Assembly (NCBI GenBank): GCA_002245135.1
Contig: NGBS01000296.1
Location: 248,001 to 281,509 of the forward strand
Direction: 5' to 3'
DNA length: 33,509 bases
From: Proteromonas lacertae
Taxonomy: Eukaryota
Shown: positions 1 to 12,275 of the stretch, one piece after another
How the letters are laid out: every line of letters starts with the position of its first letter
How positions within the stretch are numbered: the first letter of the stretch is position 1
Position numbers and translations under genes: made by a program
Notes under the pieces: model-generated
The model's database searches: none
Told to the model about the DNA's origin: nothing
Seen by the model: the letters and a program-made list of their open reading frames with translations, nothing else

Positions 1-2564
1 ATGAAATTGATCTTTAAAGAAAATAGCTTTATTTGTACAATCCCAATCAATTCGTTTAGTAAAATCAATACCATCAGTCTTCGAAGGATTAGCATAGAAA
101 TCACCAGGAGGATATAAACTATACATCACCTTATACACTTTATTCTTTATCTTATTAATACCATTAATTGATTCAATTGATATACTAAATCCATATTCTT
201 GATTATAAATAGCACATTCATTATAAGATATATAATTATTCGGTTTATCAGATAAAAGGTTCAAAATAGCACTTGCTGCACTTTCTTCATCAATAAAATC
301 ATGTCTTAAGATTCTATTAATTATATTTTTTACTAAAATTCTTTTTCTATTTCTCTTTCTACTGTTATATAACTTCTTCTCACTTTCAGTTGGAAAACAT
401 TTTACAGAATTATAACATCCAGTTCCATAAGGTTCTGGTAAAATAAAACCATTATTATCACCTATATTCTGTCTATCTACAAAATTATAGAATATTCCAT
501 TTTTCTTCTCAGCTTTCAATATTCTTATTAATACTGTCGAACAAGGTACTCTGTTTGCCTTATCCAATGAATTTCCTCTTAATATTTCATCACTTGGTGC
601 TGTTTGATATAATGGTATTTGATAGGAACCAGCATTTAATACAATTCTTTCATCAGTTTCATCAGGTTGATCTTTAGATTTGGGTAAATGGAAAATAGGA
701 AAAACAGAGTAACCTACTATTTCAGTTTGTTTTGTTATTCGGTTAACTGTGTCTATTCTAATGATTACTGTTGCAGTTGGATCAATATGTGGCGGTCTAA
801 TTTCCACTAAACATCTCAATGTTGGTTCATATATAACATCACTTAATCCACAACAGGAGATAATCTTTTCACTAAAAGGTTCTCCTTTTTTGTTATATAC
901 TCTGACAGTTGTACCAGTGATGGTAATATTATCTGGAAGAGATCTGCAACCATCAACATAGAAATCATAACCATCTTCGTTTATATTGAATAAATCATCA
1001 TCAACCATTTCATATTCATTATATATAAATGGATCATCTGATACAGGATGCTATTAATCAATATAGTATATTATAATCATATACATCTGATGGTCTAAAT
1101 TTACGACAATGACGATGATCTTTTGTAAAGAATTGAGGAGAGGGCATTGGAAAATCAGGTTGCTATATAAATAATAATAATTAATTACTAAATTATACAT
1201 CCATTGAACTAGAATCAGGAGTATCATTATTAAACGCTTGTCTTTTCAATATCTTATCCTTCAACAGATTATTATTATTATTATTATTATGTTTTGGTGT
1301 TCCACTATAATCATAACTATCAACAGAATCAGAATGCACTACTTTAGAGTTGATTATTGCAGATGAAGATGAAGTTTGTGGTGGTAAAGATATAACATCT
1401 TGCAATTGCATTGAGTTCTTATGTTTTTGTGAGAATTCTACTTCTCTTTCTATTAGGTTTGATTTTAATAAGTTATTCTGAGATTGTGATAATGTTGATG
1501 TTTTATTTTTTGGAGTTGTTGCTGTTGTTGTATCTATTACTAATTCTTCTGGGACAATATGATTCTTTTTATACTTCTTTTTCTTCACTTCATCAGGTGT
1601 TGTATCTTCAGAGAAACTTGGTTTTAATTTCATATTGTTATATTTTTCATCTTCATCTTCATTTGATCCATCAGATCCTTGATTATGTACAGTTAAAAGT
1701 TGAGAATCAGCTGTTTTAGAATCTCTAAAAATATACACTGGTTGAGGTTGATATAATGGAGGTTGTTGTTGTTGTTGTTGTAATGGTTGTTGGTAATAAA
1801 TAGTAGGAGGAGGAGGTTGTTGTAAAGGATATATAAACTGTTGTTGTTGACCATTTTCACTAATTGGAGATAAAGGAGTAGCAAATTGAGGAAGAGATGA
1901 AGGTTGTTGTTGTTGAATTGGGTAATAATAATTAGGTTGAATAGGTTGTTGCTGTTGTTGTTGAAATGGTAGTTGTGTAGGTTGGTGTGTTACATATATA
2001 GGAGATGTTGAATAGGTAGGTATTGGAGGTGGAGTAATTGAAGGCTGAGATGGAGTAATGAGTGGAGATGTTGTTATATCATTATAGCGATGATTGTTAT
2101 TATGGTTTCTGGAGGATGATTGTGAATCTCTTGAATGAAGATTTGATATTTGTGAATTTTGTTTTTCTCTCTCCTTTTTAAACTTCAATTCCATAATTTC
2201 ACGTTCTATTTGTTCTTTTTCTTTCTGTAATTTTTGCCTTTGTTGAGTATATGCTTCACTTGAAGAATATGACTAAAAAGATTAATTATCTAATAAATAC
2301 TTCAATGTATTTTTGTTGTGCTAAAGGAGTAGAATATGTGGAGCCAGAGTCGTAAGGCTAGAAAAAATAAAAAAAATTTGCTTATACAGGAAACTGATCA
2401 GTTATAAGATCATTTCTAGTAGGACCTATTAAAATAATATTTTTACTCAGTATAATAAAATAATACTTCTGTACATTATATTCTCTGGAGGTTTCAGTAT
2501 GTGATTTGACACTACCAATATATATATAATGACGCATACCATTTAAAAATGCGGTAGATTTCAT
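1..2564 (-). CDS. Conserved hypothetical protein: Q/P-rich disordered N-half followed by C2-like domains (possibly CCDC17-like); runs off the window start
   Basis: ATG at 2564. Six GTAT..TAG introns (e.g. 2512-2539, 1163-1198) join the 1193..2194 ORF to an uninterrupted frame from 1050 to 1 (GYDFYVDGCRSLPDNITIT...DPTATVIIRIDT...VGYSVFPIF...LNAGSYQIPLY...YPPGDFY...IDWD). The family call is from memory of similar protist proteins and is not verified. Confidence 0.75.
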
Positions 2565-2663
2565 ATATTTATAGTGATCCTAATTGAGATATTAGAGTTT
2601 ATTTGAAAAGATGTGAAAAAACGAATATATTTTAGAAACAAAATAAAACGATTATTTGATTTT
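2565..2663. promoter_or_regulatory. Putative bidirectional promoter (99 bp between divergent ATGs)
   Basis: Head-to-head start codons at 2564 (-) and 2664 (+). Confidence 0.55.
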
Positions 2664-3065
2664 ATGGCTATTCCTCCTATATTTCAACAAGAATATCTTA
2701 AATTAGTTAGGTATTAGTCTGGATTATTTTATTAATAGTGGCGATGGTTTTTCGTTTATAATTCCAAAAGAAGTAGCTTCAATATCAAAAGTGTTGAAGA
2801 ATTTGGTTGAAAATGGGGGTATTTATGTTTATATAATATGAAATGATAGAAAATTATAAAGAAAATAATGGTGTTATAGATTTGCCTGAAATCAGAGGAG
2901 AGGTGTTGGAAAGAGTGGTGCAATATTTATATTACAATAGAACGTATTTCGAATATTTATTTATTTTGTAGTTATATGGGATCTTTAAGACAACCACCAG
3001 AATTTGAAGTAGATCCAGCAATGGCTTTAGATTTACTAGCTGCGGCTAATTATTTAGAATGTTAA
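2664..3065 (+). CDS. ELOC: Elongin C (SKP1/BTB-fold Cullin-2/5 adaptor)
   Basis: Removing introns 2711-2738, 2819-2849 and 2944-2971 gives MAIPPIFQQEYLKLVSGDGFSFIIPKEVASISKVLKNLV...IDLPEIRGEVLERVVQYLYY...PPEFEVDPAMALDLLAAANYLEC*, which carries the hallmark Elongin C motifs. The ORF track missed this gene. Confidence 0.95.
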
Positions 3066-3292
3066 TTTTATAAATTATCTTGTTGTTTGTAGTTAATTTC
3101 AACATATATTCTAAGAATCTTCACATTGTCGATAGAAAATCTTATGTCAGCATAATGCTCATAATCCTAATGTAATTATTTTCGGTAGAATAATATATAA
3201 AGAAGGAAACTAAAGTATTCAATTCTATTTTGAATTGAATTATAGAAAATCATTGGCTATTTCCATTTGCATTTATTTGAACTGGTTTTATC

Positions 3293-4814
3293 ATGCCTGT
3301 TGTTCCAATTATCATAACAGTGATAATTTTATCAATGGCAGCAGCCATTTTATTAACCTACAATTTTTCAGGAGAGGACAGCACAACCCATTCAGTTAAT
3401 CAGTCTAACACTAGAGTTTACCCAAACAGTCACTCAAGTAATTACAATCAAGGTGGTTCATCATCCTCGAGCTATTCTTCTGGATCTTCTTCTAGCTATT
3501 CTTCCAATTCTAATTTGAGACCAACTTCGTCATATTCTAGTGGTTCTTATTCTGTTAAGCCAACTACAATACCACCAACAACAGTAGGACCAACAAGCTA
3601 TTCTTACTCTGGATCTTCCAGTAGTAGTTCATCTTCAGATGTAAAACCAACAACAGTAGGACCAACCGGATCATCATACAGTGGCAGTTCTTACAGTGGT
3701 AATTCATATGTTAGACCAACTTCATCTTATTCTGGATCTTCAAGCAGTGGTAGTTCTTACTCTGGATCATCTTACACTGGAAGTTCAAATATCAGACCAA
3801 CAGGATCATCCTATTCCGGTTCATCTTACTCAGGTTCTTCAAATAGTGGTAATTCATATGTAGCTCCAACCAGTTCATCCTATTCCAGTTCATCAAGCAA
3901 TGGTAATTCATATTCAGGATCATCTTACAGTGGAAATTCATATGTCAGACCAACATCATCATATTCAAGTTCATCAAGTAGTGGTAGTTCCTACGTAGCA
4001 CCAACAAGTTCTTCTTACAGTGGATCATCCAATAGTGGTAATTCATACTCATCATCATCAAATAGCGGTAATTCATATTCCAATAGTGGTAATTCGTATG
4101 TAAGACCAACTAGTTCATCTTATTCCAGTTCATCAAGCAGTGGAAATTCATATTCCAACAATGGTAATTCATATGTAGCTCCAACTAGTTCATCTTATTC
4201 AGGATCTTCAAACAGTGGAAACTCTTACTCAAACAGTGGTACTTCCTATGTAGCACCAACAAGTTCTTCTTACAGTGGATCATCCAATAATGGTAATTCA
4301 TACTCAGGATCATCAAACAGCGGTAATTCATACTCCAATAGTGGTAATTCATATGTAGCTCCAACTAGCTCATCTTATTCATCATCATCATCTAATAGTG
4401 GCAATTCATACTCAGGATCATCCAATAGTTATGGTAGTTCATATTCAAGCAATAATTACAGACCTGGTTATAACCAAGGTAGTAGTAACTCCTACAGTCA
4501 AGGTAATTCTTATCAAAACAATAACAATAATGTTATCTATCCAACCAAATACTGTTCAACTTGTCATGGAGGTGTTAGTAGCAGTAGTTCATACAGTAGC
4601 AGTAATGGTAATATGGTTAATGGTAGTGGAAACTAGTTATAGTAACAATAATGGACTTGTTACTGGTCATCAATCCAACAATTACAATAATGGACAAAGT
4701 AATTCATACAGCAGCAGTAGCAGCAGCAATAGCAACAATATGAACAGTGGTAATATGAACAATAATTACAACAACAACAACAACAACAACAACAACTTAA
4801 GAGGAAATAATTAG
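3293..4814 (+). CDS. Signal-anchored Ser/Gly/Asn/Tyr-rich repetitive protein (candidate surface-coat or cyst-wall protein); +1 frameshift at ~4631-4636
   Basis: Hydrophobic N-terminus, then tandem SYV(A/R)PTSSSYSGSSNSGN-type repeats. Frame 1 stops at 4636, but the same S/N-rich composition continues in the +1 frame to TAG 4814 (...NLRGNN*), followed by a TGTT-rich element. Confidence 0.8.
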
Positions 4815-4840
4815 ATTATTAATTCCATTGACATTGACAT

Positions 4841-4873
4841 TTGTTTTTGTTGGAATGTAATTATAAACAAACA
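4841..4873. promoter_or_regulatory. Convergent TGTT-rich 3'-end/polyadenylation elements (TTGTTTTTGTTG on +; TGTTTGTT on - at 4866-4873)
   Basis: Lies between two convergent stops. TGTTTGTT is the known Blastocystis downstream poly(A) motif. Similar elements occur at 3081-3090, 11595-11606 (-), 27326-27341 (-) and 31285-31300. Confidence 0.6.
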
Positions 4874-4912
4874 CACCATAAAAGAATGATTAAATAAATA
4901 AACTATTTAACA

Positions 4913-5592
4913 TTAATTATTATTAGTAATTAACAACGATTCATATTCTATCTTTGATCCAGGCTTTAATAAGTCTATGTAAAAATAACCAGGATTAGGT
5001 AAATTTTGTATTACCACTTCATTTTTCTTTTCACTTATTAATTTCATTTTAGATTCTTTTGGATTTCCTGGATGTATATCAAATTCAATTCTATAACTTC
5101 TACCTTTTACACAATTATCATATACAACAAAATTCTTTGAATACTTCTTTCTTGTTGTAACTGTTCCTATTGCTATTCCTTTACAATCATTTTGACTGGA
5201 TAAATCAAATCCATCGTAATCTTTATTAGGACTAATTCCAAGTATGAAATGATTGCAATTATTATTCTTTAATGTTAATATATATTTGCTATTTGATATT
5301 TCATAATTCATGTAGCAATGTTGGTATTTATTTGAATTTATACTGTCATTTAATTGAATAGAAAGCTGATCATTTGATACAACTATTCCACTACTCTTAC
5401 ATTTCCTTTCAAAATAGATATCTAATCAAATTATTAAGGATAAAATATACTTCTAAATTCCAAGATAAATGAACTGGATATTTCACTTATTACATTAGAA
5501 CATGTTACTGTATAATTCATTGGACTTACTGCATCTTTACTATTACAAATGATTGAACCATTGTATTTTATTTTTGATTCTCCAGGCAATTC

Positions 5593-5631
<39 letters not shown>

Positions 5632-8600
5632 TATATATATATATACTAGGATGAATATAATAATTACATCCATTTACTGTATTAAAACATTTCAATGCAA
5701 TATTACATTTCGTACCAACAATATATAGAGTATTATACAATCTTTTATTATTCATCAAAGTTAAGTTTGGATATATTACTTGCATTTCATCATCATTATT
5801 TACAAGAAGTTTCAGAGTTTCATAATCTTCTTTAGAGGTTATACATTCTCTAATATCATCATAATAACAATTCCCATCTACCATTAGTTTTATATAAAGA
5901 CAGTGAAGATCATAAACTAATTTTATATCAAATTCATCTCTTAAGTATTTGATGTTATAATCAAAAAAAGGTAATAAACAAGTTGGCCAACTAGAAGCAA
6001 AGAAACTTTTAGAATTTTCTTTGTACTTTCTAATAATATAATTCATTACTGTGACATAACCATCATTACCATTTTCTGATTCATCAATTTTATATTGTAA
6101 TTTCAATTTCACATAAAATAACAATACAATTATCACACATTTCAAAGGCATTAATATAGATATTGGTTGTTCACCTTCTGTATCAAATACAGACTTCAAA
6201 GTAGCGACATCTTCATCTATTTAATACATAATAAATAAACTATAAATACCTTCAATTTCAAATGAATATTCATCCATTTTATAATACTTCTTTAATAACA
6301 TATCCATTGTTTCATTATCATAATATTTCATTTTCAATTCTTGAACATTCTTCTTCTTGGATCTTCCTCCAACAGATTTTCTTTTATTTGACATTTTTTC
6401 TTCTTTTACTACATCCTCTTCTTCATCATCATCATAATCCTCTTTTTCATTTCTTTTATTATTTGCTTTTACTGATTCTGCTTCACTATTTTCCACACTT
6501 TTTTCAGTCAACACCCCCTTTTCAATTTCAGAATAATAATCACTTGTTTCATTTCCATCTGTTGTATATTGACTTATTATTTCACTATCTTTATCCTTAT
6601 TTTTACCAATCTTATTATTATTTTGTTTTCTTTTAGTTTCTCTTTCAGATATTTCTTCATCTTCTTCATATTTCACCATCATCTCCTTCATCGTATTCTG
6701 ATGAACTAAATGATGATGGAATATCAGATAGTGAGATATCAGTTAGATATTTTCTCTTCTTATATCTATTCTGCTTTACTTCTTGTTGTGGTTTTACTGG
6801 TTTTTGATTTTTGGGGATTTGCTTTTGTTTTTCTGCTTGTTTTTGTTTTTGTTTTTGTTGTTGTTGTTGTTGCTTTAATGTATTTCTACTTCTTAATGGA
6901 AATTCAGCATTATCTTTCGATTGTGAATTTATAGTATATTCCGAATCATTTAATTCGTTAATCGATGGAGTTGTAGTAGAAGCAGTAGTAATAGATGATG
7001 AAGATGCTGAAGTGATATGTCTATTACTCAGATTAGACGAAGATTTCTGTGATGGAGGTAAATGCAATGATGCTGAAGATGATTTATATAATGAAGTTGT
7101 AATTGGAGTTAATGAAGAATTAGGCGATTGAATATGATTGGTTATTGGTGTGATACTATCATAAGATTTGTTAATATTTGGTTCATCTGATGTAATTCTA
7201 TGTAAAGTTGGAGATGGTGAGGATAATATGGATGAAGTAGAATTATTGAAGTTAATAAATCGATTATTCAAATTCATTTGATTTTGTAATTTCTCATAAT
7301 CAGAAATATTATTTTCACTATCATGCTGTTGTAATGATGATGATGATAATAATAATGATGGATTTGATGTTGCTTTTGAATTACCATTCTTCTGTGCTTG
7401 TTTTTGCTTTTGTGTTGATTTTCTTGTTTGATATCTGGTATGATATACTTTACTTCTATCTTTGAATATTGAATTTGTATTTTCTTCTACTTCATTAAAG
7501 TTATCTACTAATGATTTAGAGATAGTTTCTGGAGTATCTACAGGTAATCTTTCTTTATCTTCAAGCTGAGCTCGATATACTGCAAGATTGAAATCTTCAC
7601 CATCAGTTAAATCTGATTCAGATGTAGTAGCTGATGAATATAATGTATGTAAATGTGATGATAATGTTGAAGGATTAAATACTTGTTGTTGTTGTTGTTG
7701 TTGTTGTTTCTGTTCTCCTTGTTGTGATGAAGGTTGTTGTTTTTGATTCATTATCTGCTCTATTTGTTGTCTTAAATAATAATAATTATTCGATTTTCTT
7801 CCTCTTTTTTTAGGTTGTTGAGATATTAATAAATCTGCAGCTGCTTGGGGATTCTCTTTTATTAATCTTTCTATTGTAGATCGATTCATACTTCCTTTTC
7901 TTCTACCTCTTTTATGAGGATCTGGATCATTCACTGTGTTTGTATAATTATTAGTGTGAGATGATGATATTCTACCTGGCTCAAATACATTATTCACTAC
8001 TTCATTATTGGATTTTCGTTCTTCTTCCTGATTTCGTTGCTGTTGTTGTTCTGAAAATATAGAAGTAGGTGGTGGTTCTCTTGACTTTTGTTTTTGATGT
8101 TGTGGTGATGATATAATTGGAGATGATGGATAAGATGTTGTTTCTGCATTAAGATCCTGTAAAATATCTGTATATCTTCTTTGAATGTTTCGTTTTATAC
8201 TTTCATAATAAGTGTCTTCAAAATTGTCAATGATTTTTACATACTCTACTTTTATATAATCTATTACTTCCCATTTTATATTACATACCATTTCTTTTAC
8301 TAATAATTTATATTCTTCTGCTTCTATTTATAATAAATAAATAAATAATATATATACTACTTAGGATTCTTTTTTACACTATCATAATATAGTTTAAATA
8401 AAAATTCTAATAAAAACTCCTCATTTGGAACTTCTAAATCTGGCATATCCAACATATAATTCAATAATTCTAAAGAATCGCATTTACCTTCATTTAAATT
8501 ACATATATTATTGGATTGAATATATTCATTAATATAATCTTTAAAGCCTTGCACTAACGGTGACGGATTTAGTTTTGGTAGAAATAAACACATTTCATTT

Positions 8601-9086
8601 AACAAACTATCATCAATATTAGAAATGAAAAATTGTTTGCAATTGTCAAACAGTTGTTCTTCCTCGAAATAAAGTGATGTAATAATTGTGTCTACTAAAT
8701 TTTCTTTTGTTATTATAGGATTTTGAAGTCCATAGTATATTAATAGATTGTGAAAACCTTGAAGTGTAATACAAGGATCAAGAACTACAGGATCTCCAGA
8801 ATCACCACTTTTTTGGATTAAATGCTTTAATGTGTTATTGTTATACGATAGTATGGATTTTACTCCATAAACTATCTCATCTTCAACTTGAAATTTAACA
8901 TCACCCATACCATTATTTACAATTTCCATTATTAATCTATATATAATGCATAGAATTATACCCTTCTGGAGGCACTTGTTTTTTAGTAACAGGAGCTAAG
9001 AAACTAGAATCTAAGTTGTTTGGACTAATTTTTCGCTTATTAGTAGGAGAAGCACATATTCTTCGATTTGGGATGTTATTAGACAT
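4913..9086 (-). CDS. BTB/BACK protein with a long low-complexity insert (two AT-hook-like motifs), an Ig-like domain and a C-terminal SPRY-like domain; two +1 frameshifts
   Basis: ATG 9086 and intron 8937-8961 lead into GDVKFQVEDEIVYGVKSILS (BTB) and LEVPNEEFLL (BACK). Further introns include 8324-8357 and 5592-5646. The Ig-like segment reads PKLPGESKIKYNGSI...YTVTCSN. Joining the exons needs +1 shifts near 8358 and 6668. Confidence 0.75.
5592..5646 (-). repeat. Intron made almost entirely of a compound (TA)n(TTA)n microsatellite
   Basis: GTATATATATA...TTATTATTA...TATATAG; similar introns at 12423-12475 and 33024-33087. Confidence 0.85.
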
Positions 9087-9631
9087 CTGTAGCTATTCAA
9101 TCCAACTTATTATTGAATTTTAAATCTGCTTGACTCGATGTTTGGAGGGTTTTTGAGTTTGTTTGTATTTATGTTGATAGATAGATGTATTATAATGGCA
9201 AAAACATGATAAGATAGCATAGTTACCAAATGTACTTAATGTGATATGAAAATTAGCATTATTATAAGTATTAGTGAAATTTTCTGTATTTATAAAGTTT
9301 TGATGTTAATATATATAGAAATTGATCTGAACACAAATGAATAAAGATAGTTCATATACTAGATAAGATTGAAAGTGAGTCATTAGAGATATAGTGATTA
9401 GTAGTATTTATGATAATAAACTTATCACTGTATAAATGAATTTCTCGTGTATAACAGTAATTAACAATTATGAAACATTGACAAAAGAATGATCCGAAAT
9501 GTGACTATACTAAAATTGCTGGATAGATATACTTAGCAATTACCTCCTTATGAGTTGAAATTTATCCAATCAACAAATATGAGTTAAAGAATCCATACTG
9601 TAAAAATAGGCTAACTTTTTTGCATAGTAAA

Positions 9632-11545
9632 ATGGGAGGAAGTACAAGCAGTATAATCATTATTTGTGATACATTTAGAATTATCTGTATTTCATAAACA
9701 GCAAAAAAATAATATAAAGCGTATACACCACTTTTTATTGTGTAATAGAATCTGTGTATAGCATTTATACAAGCTCTTATGATGCTAATAATGGTATGAA
9801 ATACTTGTCATGTATAATGATAATAGAAAATAATAAAGCTGACTTTGTGTTAGATTTGCAAGAATTTTCTCAATTTTGTAGTGGAAGTATTATTCATGTT
9901 ATATTTATAATGCATAGATCATACATTAAGAGAGAAGATAGAAGAAGTTCATGAAAGAGATCAATTGAAAGCTAATTATCCTAATTCAAGTATAATTTCT
10001 ATTCTATAATAATAACCAATCCACTGAATGAAAGTAAAAAACTACATTAGTGAATATATGAATATGAAAGATGATATAGACGAAATAAAAGCAAAATTTC
10101 CTAATTCAAGTATTAAAAGTATATTATGCTGTATAGACAATCCAATAGAAGATTTATTGAATGAATTGAGAAGAAAAGATGAAGAATTGGAAAGAGCTAA
10201 TGAAACAATAAGACAAAAAGATGAAGAATTAGAAACAACTAATAAAAGAATTGAAGAGATTAAGAAATCATTATAGAAATTATTACCAGAATTAGGTATA
10301 TTTCATTTTGTATTTTATATAATAGAAGATACAACTGATGATGCAATGAAATACATTGAAAAGATAAATGAAGAAATGGAAAGTCTGAAAGAAGAGAATG
10401 AAAAAATGAAAAGAGAGTTAACCACATTCCAACAAGAAAATGAACATATTAATAATTTCACTGAGAGAGTTACTTGCCATCTTTCAGATTCAAGTATAAT
10501 TCTATTACAAATAATATAAATAGAAGATCCATTAATAGATATAATGAAATATGTAAGAAAATTTGGAAAATGCAGTTGATGAAAAAGAAATAGAATTGGA
10601 AAAATTAGAACAGATATAAGAAAAAGAATGAAGAATGAATATAGTTATGAAAATATTGTGATGATGAATAAAGAAATTGAAGAGAAAGATAAAAGTATAG
10701 ATGATATGATTATGAAAGAAAAGAATATGTGTATGAATAGTATGATAATAATAAACAATGGAATTAATGAAAAGAAATACTTTAATAAGAATCTGTTAAG
10801 AAATTTAAAATTGAAATTATACTCAATCTTTTTTAAATATGAAGAAAATACTGTTGTTATAAACACCAACATAGTAAATCATAGCATTTGTGGAATAGAT
10901 TCAGATAAAGGACTTTTGAGTAAAAGAAAAGCTAATGGTGGAATTGAAGGAATTTCAAATATAGAGATATATCTAAATAATAATTATTATTACAAAATTA
11001 TAACTAGTAGTTATGATATATCAAATGAAAGTTTAAAAGATATGCATTTAAAAGAGAATATTATTTATGTTGATGAATTATTAGCAGTATATTATAATCA
11101 ACTAGATAATCTAAGATACTCTAACAAAGTATATATCTTTGGTTTATACAGTGATATATGTAAGATATTGATAATAGAAAAAGAAGGAGATAATGTAAAA
11201 TATGGATTTGATATAAGTGAAGAATATAATGAAAAAGAATTGATAGAAAAAATAAAAGAAGAATATGAAATAAAAAAGAAATATAAAAATTTAGAGAGAT
11301 TAATAGAACATATAAATAATGAAATAGGATTAGATGATTATAAAATAACTAAAGGTTATTTATATACAATAATTGACAGAATTAAAAAGAGTTATAAAAG
11401 TGAAAAGAGAATAATATTCTTTACAAAAGAATCACTTATAAAAGATAAAATAGGTGATATATTTTGTGATTGTGACATTTGTTCAGAAAATTTGTCAATA
11501 GGAGCAATGTTGTATGGAGAAGATTTATTCAGAATAATTTTATAA
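9632..11545 (+). pseudogene. Disrupted gene: N-myristoylation motif, coiled-coil repeats and a degenerate Hsp70/actin-like ATPase domain
   Basis: Starts MGGSTSK, with phase-1 GTAT..TAG introns. Defects: apparent lost acceptor at ~10015, shifts at ~10032 and ~10556, in-frame TAG 10274-10276 and TAA 10617-10619. The C-terminal ORF (VDELLAVYY; VYIFGLYSDICKILIIE; ENLSIGAMLYG) parallels Hsp70 NBD motifs. Confidence 0.6.
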
Positions 11546-11618
11546 ACAGTATATTCAATATATTATTTTTGAATTAAATATCAAAAGAAATCATAAAAAC
11601 AAATCAATATTTATATAT

Positions 11619-12241
11619 TTAATGATTTAATGATTCTTCTAATTCTCTTTCTAAATCATCTAAATCTAACGCATTACCACCATTAATAGCTGTAGTAGTA
11701 GTAGTTGTTGTTGTTGTGGTTGTTCCAATATTCTCTAAATCATTCATCATCTCATCTAAATTAAACGAAATACTATTATCTACTATTGTTATATCTTGTT
11801 TACTACTATTATTAGCATTTTCTGCTTTTCTTTGTATACTTGAATCTTGCTCAAATGTTAAATTATGATCATCAAATGTTGAATCTTCATTGATTATTTC
11901 AGATACTTCTTCATGGGAAGATATATTATTATTATTATTATTAAGTGTAAATGATTCTGGTAACTGTGAGATAGAATTATCTAATAATATTTTACTTGGA
12001 GTTTTTTCATTATTATTATTTTCTTCTTCTTCTTCTTTATCTCCTTCAGTAATATGATAATTTGGTTTAATTGATGAGCTATTATCATCATTATGATTGT
12101 CAATGGTATTTACTAATGGATTTGACACTTCAGGTATTGATGATATTGATTCTTCATTAATAGTAGATGGAACTTCTGGAATATTCTTTGGTTTTGTTTC
12201 TTTCTTATTCTTATCAATATCATATTCGTCAATTTCTTCAG

Positions 12242-12275
<34 letters not shown>

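Noticed and set aside
3600..4450. Regularly spaced repeats resembling a CRISPR array or satellite
   Set aside because: The units vary at synonymous positions and encode peptide repeats; there is no repeat-spacer structure.
4553..4567. CXXCH heme-c attachment motif (CSTCH)
   Set aside because: It lies in a low-complexity secretory-type protein with no cytochrome fold; more likely a disulfide or chance.
1411..7131. Hydrophobic plus-strand ORFs (1411, 6262, 6710, 6811) and similar ones at 12097, 12167, 14766, 15473 and 28901
   Set aside because: They are antisense shadows of Q/N/E/K-rich coding sequence or microsatellites.
10274..10276. In-frame TAG/TAA suggesting stop-codon reassignment
   Set aside because: Long intact genes (ARM, torsin-like, ataxin-10) contain no in-frame stops and end in TAA/TAG. 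The in-frame stops are essentially confined to a multiply disrupted gene.
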